From the NCBI GenBank assembly GCA_964106915.2, contig OZ066914.1: a stretch of DNA of 64,000 bases; one strand, 5' to 3'. Of this stretch, positions 14,239 through 25,300 are shown piece by piece. The translations under genes and the position numbers were made by a program. This DNA is from Podarcis gaigeae (taxonomy: Eukaryota). Below the pieces are notes generated by a model. It did not search any database, was not told where the DNA came from, and was given only the letters and a program-made list of their open reading frames with translations. Position 1 is the stretch's first letter; each line of letters begins with the position of its first letter.

Positions 14239-17200
14239 TATTAGCTCCTGCAAAGAAACCTCAGGAAGTCAAAGTAACCACTGTAGCTAAGAAGAAAGAA
14301 GCAGTTTATGAGAAGAAGGAAGAAGTATATGAGGTTCACAAAGAAGAATATGAAGAATGGGAAGAGGATTATGGAGAGGAGCATGAATATTATGAACGAG
14401 AAGAAGGATATGATGAAGGAGAAGAGGAATGGGCATATGGAGAAAGACAAGTAACTTATGAAGAAAAGCAAATTCGCAAAGAAGGTATGTTTCATTTTTT
14501 AAAACTTTCTCCTTTCTGTTTTCTCTGTTGAGGAATATGTGGTTCTCGAGATGTTGGTGTATTCCATATCCTATCAGCCCCAGTCAGCATAGCCATTTGG
14601 CAAGGATGATATCTGGACAGTCACAGCTTCCCCACCACTGCACTATATGATTAATTTCCAATACCTCTCATTTCACTGTTCTTTGGAGGGGGAAGAGAGC
14701 TCAAATGTGGTTGAAAAAGCTGCTGTTCCTATTTTTCTATCAAATTTTGCTTTCTTGCAGCAATATACTTGCAGAAAATATTTCTTTTTTTAAAAAAAAA
14801 AATAATTTTTATTTGATTTTACAAGCGTAAAGGTAAAGGGTAAAGGGACCCCTGACTGTTAAGTCCAGTCGCGAATGACTCTGGGGTTGTAGCGCTCATC
14901 TCAGTTTATTGGCCGAGGGAGCCGGCATACAGCTTCCGGGTCATGTGGCCAGCATGACTAAGCCGCTTCTGGCGAACCAGAGCAGCGCACGGAAACACTG
15001 TTTACCTTCCCACCTATTTATCTACTTGCACTTTGACGTGCTTTCGAACTGCTAGGTTGGCAGGAGTAGGGACGGAGCAATGGGAGCTCACCCCGTCGCG
15101 GGGATTCAAACCGCCAACCTTCTGATCAGCAAGTCCTAGGCTCTGTTTAACCCACAGCGCCACCCGCATCCCTTTACAAATGTAGAATTATAACAATACA
15201 AAATACATATGCATCTTTAGAGATTTTTTTCCAAATCTTCCCACCTTCCCCTCCTTGGGTCCTATTATCAGCCTTTTCAACTGCATATTATTTCATCGTC
15301 CAAATTTTATGTCTCTCCATTTTGTCCATAATATTTTCAACATTACAAGTGTTATTGCAATCCTGCTAAAGTTTTCATCTGCTTACAGTGGTCTCTCAAG
15401 TAAATTACATTTTTTTTCTCATTCTTTATTAAAGTTTTGGTCCTCTTGGTCCTGAGCTTTCTGGTCAGTTTTGCCATTTCGGCATAATCCAACAGCAGAA
15501 AATATTTCAAATGGATGTTCATCCAATCTAAATCTGCCTATACCTTGCCTTACAGGTCATATTAAAAAATAAGCATATTCTTTTGCAGATGGAACAATGC
15601 TACCCTAATTAAGCAAATGGTGGCCAGTGTTGATTTCTATTTGGGCCAAGAATACACAACTGCTAACATTCCCTGCACTCTTTTTCTTTCTCAATCATAA
15701 ACATCCTTGATGTTTATGAAGCAGGTGTAAGGTAATGTTCTCTAATATAAATGTAATGTATGTTACAGTTGTCCAGGTTCCAGGAAAGCCAGAACCACCT
15801 ACGCGGAAACCACCAGAGATTTCAGCCAAGAAAGTAGAGAAGAAAGTTGTGGTAGAAAAAGGTATGGCCTTTAGAATTTTAGTATCAAAACATTTCCCAC
15901 TCCAGCAAGTCCTATTCAGATTCTTACAGTCCTATTTTCTTTCCTTTTCTTTCCATTTTAAAAAGTGCATATTCCCATTATATTCTTAAGATAACTTCTG
16001 TGTAAAATGAACCAATTTCCAGCTAATGTGTAATTATTTAAATTCCCTGTAGTTACACGGAAACCTGTAACAGAAGAGGTGGAAAGAAAGGCTAAAGTGA
16101 TGGAGGAAGAACATTTCAAACGGGCCAGAGGTAATACTGAAGATAATGGTAATTGCATGTGCTTAGCAGTAGACAGTGCTATTAATACATTTGCATCAAT
16201 TTCATATCCATGAAATACATGAAACTGCCTTAACAGGTCAGCCTGTTTTGTTCATCTGATCCAGTGTACTGTTTCCTCTGACTGGCACTGGTCTCCATGG
16301 CAGATGTCTTTCGTGTTATCTGCACCCTATCCTTTTAAATGGAGATACCAGGGACTTCATCTTGGACCTCCTTCTTGCAAACTAGGTGCCCAGCTACTAG
16401 CAGAGGGAAGGAAGTAGTGATGGGGGAGCAAATGGAGATGAGGTGTCCATTAAAAGCAAGAGGTTATAGTTAATTGTTCTGGGGTTTTCCCCCAACCCCC
16501 TGGAGCAGATTTGGGGGAGGAACATGGGAAAGCATGAGGAGACAAGGGGACTTCTACTATGCATATTGAAGTCCTTGCACAAACAGAATGACTTATTTGG
16601 ATACAACCCTTTGCTATGTATTAATTTGGTCTTTTGTAAATTGTATCCCACGAGTGGCGCAAAAATGCAAGCGCATATGCAGTGTGATGTTACATTTTCT
16701 GCATGTAATCTTAGCCTAGATGATGACTGAAAAGGTTTGGGACTAACTATTTATATCCTTTAAGCTCCAGAAGCTCCACCACCAAAACCTGCACGAAAGG
16801 TGGTCCATGAAGAAGTGGTAGAGAGAAAAGGTACAAAACACATTTTTATTTTTTCAGCGTTTATATGTAATCCCTGATCCGAATATTTCCATAATGTATG
16901 CATGCATGCCCACATGTTCACTCTGTGCTGACCTGCAGTGATTGCTGGTTTTTATTAACCCATTGTGATGTTCCCACTTCACAGTCACACATGGCATTCT
17001 CTTTCTCTATGCAGGAATGGTGACCATGACTTGAGAAATCCCCAGATCCCCATACACTTACCACAATTCTGTTTTTCTACTTCCCATATCACGACACCAA
17101 AACACACCAACTCCCAAGCATGCTAGTGCCTCTTTTGTTTCTCCTTAAGGCTCCTTAAAGCCATCTGTTTTGATTCCAGTCCTGTTGTTGTTCTTGATCT

Positions 17201-20200
17201 GAGTTTGCCATTAGAGGAAGAAATGGTAGTTCTCATCACTATAGGGTGTGTGTGCTTTAAATGAACGTGGGGGAACAGGGTTCTCTTAAGTCCTGTGGAG
17301 TTTCCACAACACCTAGGCACTGAGTCTATATTGGTGCAGAATTCTTGCTTTTTGGTTCCTTTCTTTAATATCTTCTATATTCATCTAATTTACACTATAT
17401 GTTACCATTCAATACAACTTCTCCTGTATACTCACAATAGTATGTGTCCACTCTCTTGTTCTTCTTATGTCTGCTTTTCTTTGGAAACAGGGCTTTTGTA
17501 CATTCTCTTTGCACACAAAAATAGTTTGGATGCTTGAAAATGCTTTTTTTGCTTTATGGTCTCAATTGTTACCTGTTTATGATTTTTGTTTCTCTTTATT
17601 GCTGTGGCACATCCACCCTAATGGTGTAATTTTGAGCTGTGGTGCTGAGTTCAATAAATGTAGTATGTGGTGTTATGCGACTTCCATAAGGATAGATTCA
17701 TTGTCTACCAATTCTTTAATTTAAAAAATACTAAAGTGAATTCTTGCTTTTTAAAGTACCAACAGAACAACAATGGACCATTTCAGAAGAAAAGGTATCT
17801 GTTTCGTATCACAGAGAAGAAGAATATACATATGGTTCAGGTAACTATAAATATCTCTTCTTTTTTCTCCTTGCTGTCTTGTCTCGTGTGAAAAGGGTGC
17901 CTTTTCAGAATTCTTACATTCTTTTTTACTTGATGGTAGAGTAACAAGTGAGGATCTGCTCCCTATACTGAACTGCATGGGAAAATACTCATGCACAAGA
18001 GTTTTGTGAGCACATGGGAGTGCAAAGATTGCTTAGGACTGGTGGAATAGACAAAGTCTGTTTGCTGTTGCATTTCTTAGTTGTCATTTTATGTACCGAT
18101 CCAGTATTATCTAAAACAGAGTGAAAGTACAGTTTTTACATCTTACAATTCTCTTTAAAGAACCAGAAGAGTATGAAGAGGACAGCTTCTATGTGGAATA
18201 TCCAACTGAAGGTAGATTCGCTCTTTTTCCTAATCAGTTTTATCTTGTTTTGTACCATGCGAGTTCATCTGTACTGTTAACTGTTGAAATGTGTAGCTGT
18301 TATTATATACCGTCTTTGATACTTCCCTGGGTTTGGGCATGTCTTTATCACTATTCAGATGACCGATACATATGTTGGGTGGTAGGACTTAAGATCATGC
18401 CCGGAATTGTTGTTCCCCGATTTGCAAACACTGTGTGGAAAGAGCCTAAGCGCATACAATTTGTACACACCTAGACTCCATATGAAAGATCAGATGGACA
18501 CTTAGAGGTGTGGATAGCAGGAGCAATTTTTTCTTCCACAAATTCATCCATCATCTTAATAGGTCTACATGTAGCGTTTCAGTATTATCTAAAATGGAGG
18601 GTAAATGTAACTTTTTAATCTCATAATTCTCTTTAAAGAACCAGATGAGTACGATGAGGAAAGGTTCTATGTGGAAGCACCTGAAGTTCCACCTCCCAAA
18701 GGTAGATTATATTATTATTAATATTATTATTACTACTACAATTTTAGTATGTGAGTTTATTTAAACCAGGGTTTCCCAAACTTAGGTCCCCAGCAGTTTT
18801 TGGAGTACAATTCCCATCAACCATGACCGCTGGTCCTGCTAGCTAGGGATTATGGGAGTTGTAGTCCAAAAACAGCTGGAGACCCAAGTTTTGGGAAACC
18901 CTGGTTTAAACTCTTATCCATTAAGAACTTGATATCTGCAGTTATTTTATATCCTTGTTGATCAGATTTGGGTGCTTATGTATGTTTACATGTGTCACAA
19001 AAGCCCGTACGTTTTTGAAACTATAATGTGAGGGTGGCTCTGATGACCACTATCATCTGATTAACCCAAAATTAATATATTTAAAGTTCCTGAGGTGAGG
19101 AAGAGAGCAGAAGAAAAAGTTCCCAAGGAAGTGGAGGCCCCGCCGGCTAAAGGTGAATAATATATGTGCAATAATAACAATATCTCAGACAGGTCTCTAG
19201 CCTGCGTATCTTCTAGAGGATTGATAAACACGCAGCCAAAAATGTGGCTTGGCTACTTCATCAGAAAGACACCTTTACAACTAAGATCCTACATATTAAA
19301 CGTTATACGCGGGTTTAATCTTCAATAGCCATAACTGTCTTTGTTAAATAGATACACGGTTTTAAATCCACGCTGGCATTTCAAACATTTTCTTCACTGC
19401 TATGAACAAATGTAGGCCTGTAGCACTTCCTTAAACCTTTTATACCTGTGTGTCTTTAAAGTGCCTGAGGTGCCAAAGAAACCAGTCCCAGAAAAGAAAA
19501 AACCTGCTCCTCCTCCGAAAGTAGAGGCTCCGCCAACTAAAGGTACATCCATTGTCAGAGCTGATCCCGCCATCTTGCTTCTCTGAACTCTTATCCATGC
19601 CTTAAAATGTGTCCATCCATATGTTACTTAGGTGGCTTTCTGGTGTTTTTCTGCAAGCAAAGTGTGTATAATATACATGTACTTTAGGGATGGCCAAATA
19701 TTCATTTGCTAAATTTCACTTTGTAATGTAATGGATGTTTACTCCTTTCTGGGTGGGTGCCTGTTGTGATCCCTCGTGCTCAGCCACCATCCCTGGGCAG
19801 TGAGAACAGAGAGCACATGGCCAGGCAGCCATTGGGGAAATCCCCCCTGGCTGTCTGGGCATCTGGCTTGTGTTCCCGCCAGCTGCTGCATTTCAAATTG
19901 GCCAATCAGTGGCCTCTCCCGGCTGAGAGGGCATTGGCTGCACACATGCCCTTGCAACTGAGGAGGTATAAAAGCCGGCAGTGTTTTCCAGCCCCAGCAC
20001 ATTTGCCAAATTTCGCTTTGTTAACGTAATGTCTTCTGCATGGCATGATAACTGTTCGATTTGCATGCCGCGTATAGAAGGCACTCATACAGACACACAA
20101 TTATGGAGATCAAAATGGGATGTATGCCCAGTGCGGCTTTTTTCATGACAGATTACCCTTACCTATTAACTGATTTGGGACGCGGGTGGCCCTGTGGTCT

Positions 20201-22342
20201 AAACCACAGAGCCTAGGACTTGCCGATCAGAAGGTCGGCGGTTTCAAATCCCTGCGACAGGGTGAGCTCCCGTTGCTCGGTCCCTGCTCCTGCCCACCTA
20301 GCAGTTCGAAAGCACATCAAAGTGCAAGTAAATAAATAGGTACCACTCCAGTGGGAAGGTAAATGGCATTTCCGTGCGCTGCTCTGGTTTGCCAGAAGCG
20401 CTTAGTCATGCTGGCCACATGACCCGGAAGCTGTCTGTGGGCAAACGCCGGCTCCCTCGGCCTACAGAGTGAGTTGACCGCGCAACCCCAGAGTAGTCCA
20501 CGACTGAACCTAACGGTCAGGGGTACATTTACCTCTTTAGTAACAGCTTTTGCTTGATGCCTTGATATGCCATTTATCTCGCTTCTGCTTCTCTCCATAT
20601 ATTTCTGTACAATCTTGGATGTTGAGCCCCAAATAGGAGTTCCAAGTTCTAAAACCTCTCTTTTTTTAATGATCAAGTGCCAGAGGTGCCTAAGAAACCT
20701 ACACCAGAAGAAAGAAAGCCTGCTGCTGTTCCCAAGAAAGAACCAGCACCCCCAGCTAAAGGTACTTTTCTTGAAACGAAAGCCACCCAAAGAACCTTTG
20801 TCCCCTGTGCTTTGTCCCCCATATGCAACCACTGTTCGGAATGAGTTTTACAAATCCAGCGTCTTTCTCTGTTTGGTTACCAAAGCTAATGTGTTGAATA
20901 TGTGGGTGTTTGGGCTGCTGCCCATAGGGAATCTTAAATGGAGGTTCTTCTGGGTTAGAGCATTCCTTTCCAAAATACCATCTCTTCCTTCTTGTGAAGT
21001 GTAATCACAAAATGTGAGATGTCATTGATCAGTTGTTATGTGTCCGGGTGATTCTCAGAATCTGCTTTTGATATCTTTAAAGTGCCCGAAGTACCTAAAA
21101 AGCCAGTCCCAGAAGAAAAAGCACCTGTTCCCGTTCCTAAAAAAGTGGAGCCACCTGCTAAAGGTATGAGACCACCGCTCATAAGCAGCTCTTTTCATTT
21201 GTTGCTTCAAATGATGTGTCGTGAAAAGATCTGAGGTCCCTCAGCGGTGATTGTTTTCGTGTCGTAATCGTCGTCTTCCTATATTTGTTCGTTGCTCAAC
21301 AGCATCTTCATTAACAAATGTTCTTCAGTTAAACACCAGAACACTAAACGGACAGTGTGCAATGTTATCGTAACACATCTAAATTCAGTAAAGTGCCCAG
21401 TTCACTTGTAAGTGATCTCACAACTTGATATAGGACCCTGCTCCTCACTTTATAATAGTTAGCAATATTCGATCCCAATATTCATAACTCTGATGTTTTT
21501 TTCAAAGTGCCAGAGGTACCCAAGAAAGTAGAAGAAAAGGTTCCTGTTCCAAAAAAGAAAGTGCCTCCGCCACCCAAAGGTACAAGACGCAAATCTTATA
21601 TATTTGAAAAATATATAAAACTAAATCTTAAGACTCTTTTGTTTCTCTCTTTGGATCTTCCTCTTAATCATATGTAAGTTCATTTCATATTTGAGTCCTA
21701 TGCAGCATATGTTTGTGTATAGTTGTTGATAATAGCCGTCATGGTCTCTTAGTCTCTACATATTCTTACATATTCTCATTTTAACATTATTAAAAGTACC
21801 TGAGAAAGCAGTCCCTGAAGAAAAAGTGCCGCGACTACGCAAAAGGGAAGAAGCTCCTCCAGCTAAAGGTATGCTCTCCTTCAAAACAAACAAACAAAAC
21901 AGAACAGAACAAAAAGACTATTGCAGTCAAATGTAGACAAGGATTAAATGTAAGGTGTTGGTTGTGTTTAGAATAGATTTATGAAAGATTTAGAAAACTT
22001 ACTGATTAGAATATTTGTGTGAGACTGTATGGGAAAAATACGGAATAACACATACAATCTTGCTTAAAATGTATATAGGAAGTGCAGTGTAAGCGATGGA
22101 AGTCAATCAATGAAATTTTATTATTATTTTCATATTGAGATATTTGTACAAGAAATTTGGAATAAATTCTTCCAACTTTTCTTCTTCTTTTTTCTTTATT
22201 TTTTCTTCTTTTTTCTTTTCTTCTTTTTTTCTCTTTTGTTCCATTTTTCATGTATATATGCTTATTTGAAGTGTATATGTGTGTATGTATTTGCAGTGTT
22301 TTGCTTATATTTTGTAACAATTATGTTAAATAAAATTAAAAT

Positions 22343-22391
<49 letters not shown>

Positions 22392-25300
22392 GACCATTGG
22401 TCTTTTACATCGGCACCATTATTTAAATGTCCTCTATATCTTTTTAGTTGCTGCCTCTTCTTTGTAGCCGAAATCTGTACTTTTAACATCATTCTTGCCA
22501 CTTCAAAAAAATTCTAAAACTAAATGGTCTCTTTAAAGTGCCTGAGGTACCTAAGAAAGTCGTCCCTGAAGAAAAATTACCTGTTGCTGTTCCCAAAAAG
22601 GTGGAAGCTCCCCCAGCCAGAGGTATGCATTTAAGTGGTCAATGGTCTTATTATCTAAAAGAGCTTTTACCTTTCTTTCGTATGCTGACCATCATTTTAT
22701 GTTTCGTACCATGTCACATTGCTTGCAACTGTTCAACATATTTTCATAGGGCAGGAATGGGGAACCTTAGATCTGGGGGCCAAATACAGCCCTGCTGGCT
22801 TCTCTATCTGGTCTTCAAAATGCTCCTCAAGCCACATAACCTCCCAAGGTCACATACCTCATCAGCCATGCTTTGTATCCTCCTTGAGTAAAAGGACGTG
22901 GGTGGCGCTGTGGTCTAAGCCACTGAGCCTCTTGGGCTTGCCAGTCAGAAGGTTGACAGTTCAAATCCCCACACACGATGGGGTGAGCTCCTGTTGCTCT
23001 GTCCCAGCTCCTGCCAACCTAGTGGTTCAAAAGCACACCAGTGCAAGTAGATAAATAGGTACCGCTGCGGCGGGAAGGCAAACGGCGTTTCCATGCACTC
23101 TGGTTTCTGTCACGGTGTTCCGTTGCGCCAGAAGTGGTTCAGTCATTCTGGCCACATGACCCAGAAAAGCTGTCTGTGGACAAACTCCGGCTCCCTCAGC
23201 TGGAAAGCGAGATGAGTGCCGCAACCCCATAGTTGCCTTTGGACTTAAATATCCAGGGGTCCTTTACGTTTACCTCCTTGGGTATTTTTGCCTGGCTGGG
23301 ATGGATGCTTAGACGGATGGATAATAAAGTAGGGTTGGTGAGTGTGTGTACAAACTGACCTACTGTCAAATTCACATTAGTTCCTCTCTGCGCATTTGCC
23401 TCTGGCCCTGTGCACCACTGATATTTGTCCCCCAGAAGCTTGCCCCAAAGAGAAGGAAGCCCTCAGGCTGAGAAAGCTTCCCCATACCTGTCAAGTGGGG
23501 AGGATTTGCTTATGTTTGTTTTGGAGTTCTGTATTAGCTTTACTTTGTACGTTGCTTAGTAAAGAACAGTATGTAGTTTACTTGTCCATTTTGCGGTTGT
23601 TAGTTGCACAAGTGTTCAGACAAACCTCCTCAGATATCAGTCAGGAATCTGTATATCCCCATTAAAACTCAATGCATTTAATGTCTTTTAAAGTGCCTGA
23701 GGTGTCTAAGAGAGCTGTTCTAGAAGAGAAAAGATTTGTTTCAGAAGAAAAAGTATCTGTTGCCATTTCTAAAAGAGTGGAAGCTCCACCGCCTGAAGGT
23801 ATATGTGCAAATAATTAGAACTGTGAGGAATTCAACTGTGTTCAGGCGCTTTTTGTTGTCGCTGCTCTTCACTGCTCTTCCCTGTTAACATCTGCCATTA
23901 CAGTTTTGTGTTTGTGTGTCTCTGGGCATTTGTATAACATCTGACAGCCAGGCAAGATCCTCAGAGGAAATGTCTTTTCTCAGATCCAATTCCACGGTTA
24001 TCCAGAATGTCAATAGCATTTACTATTTATCCATTACATTTTATCGCACCCTACTTCCAAGAATCTCAGGATGATATACATGGTCCCTCCTTTCATTTTG
24101 CTTTTGCAACAACCTAGTGAGATGAGTTAATCTGAGAGATAGTGATTGATCCAGTCACCCAGTGAGATTCATGGCTGAGCCCCAAATTCTAGTCAGACAC
24201 ACCTATATCATGGTGGCAGAAGTAAATCTTGTGCAAAGTCTTACAGAAGCCCTTGTGCAAGTGGAGGAGCTCCTATGGATCTGGGGTAGATTTTGTCATT
24301 CAACGTTCTTCCATTAAGTCAGAAGCAGTCCGACTATGCTTGGAAAAGGTTTTCTTCTAAATGAAGATCACCTTTGGATCTAACCCATTATCCTTTCAAC
24401 TTTCCATACTCTGCAGAAAGAAGTCATGATTTAGGGGCAAGGGTACACAGTGTACACATAGGACAGCTGTGGTGCAACATGGGTTTTCCTACATAAAACT
24501 CCACCTGATTTTTCTTGTAAGAATCTGTCCCCTGGTGGAGTCATCACATACCACAATGCAGGATTCCATAGATCAAGAGACCTTAGCAAGTCATCTAAAC
24601 CCTTGCGGTAGCTAACTTTGATACTGAGGTACTTTGCTATTAATTCTCTTATGTACCTGCTGCAATGGGAAAAGGTCTGAGATCCCTAGAATTGCAGTTG
24701 ATATGAATGTGTGTTTCTGTGTATGAAAATCAGTTCATGTCCTTTGTATGTGCCTGTCTGTAGTAACTACACTGACCTGGCAAGGGTGGTTATAGGACAT
24801 CTAACCCCACAGCAAAATTAAAAATAACCCATCTTTAAAATATTAACAGTGGAAGAATGGCCTGAAGAGGTGGTGGAGGAGGAAGAAGTGGAAGAAGAAG
24901 AAATTTATGAAAGAGAGGAGGAGATTTCTTATGAAAGGGAGGAGGAAATTTCTTATGAGAGAGAGGAGATCTCTTATGAGAGAGAGGAAGAGATTTCTGA
25001 AGTAACAGGTATGCCTCAATTCAACAGCCAGCAGCAAATGTTGGTATAGTATAATATCTGCCATTATATCCTTTGGGCTGAATTGAATGTAATTATTTAA
25101 TGACCTTTTGAAATTAAGGCAGTCATTTGCTGCTTATGATATGATTTACTTTGTTCAGAACCCAAATAAAGGTTTAAAAGAATAAATTTAAAAGTACATA
25201 CACTTTTGCTTTTCTTATTTCCCTCCATCATTCTTATTTTCACATGAAAATACAGAAACGAACCCAAGTGTTCTTTTCTCAAATTTACAAATATAGGCAG

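Noticed and set aside
14190-14244. Poly-tyrosine N-terminus in the ORF track
   Set aside because: Translation of an intronic (TAT)15 microsatellite upstream of the acceptor.
17150-17245. Candidate exon after duplicated CTCCTTAAGG/CTCCTTAAAG containing PLEEEMVV
   Set aside because: One acceptor gives an in-frame TGA and the other an 85-nt frameshifting exon; the donor is weak and PEVK similarity too slight to call even a pseudo-exon.
20177-20270. tRNA-like sequence with A/B boxes (also near 22893, 32040 and reverse copies)
   Set aside because: SINE heads, not tRNA genes.
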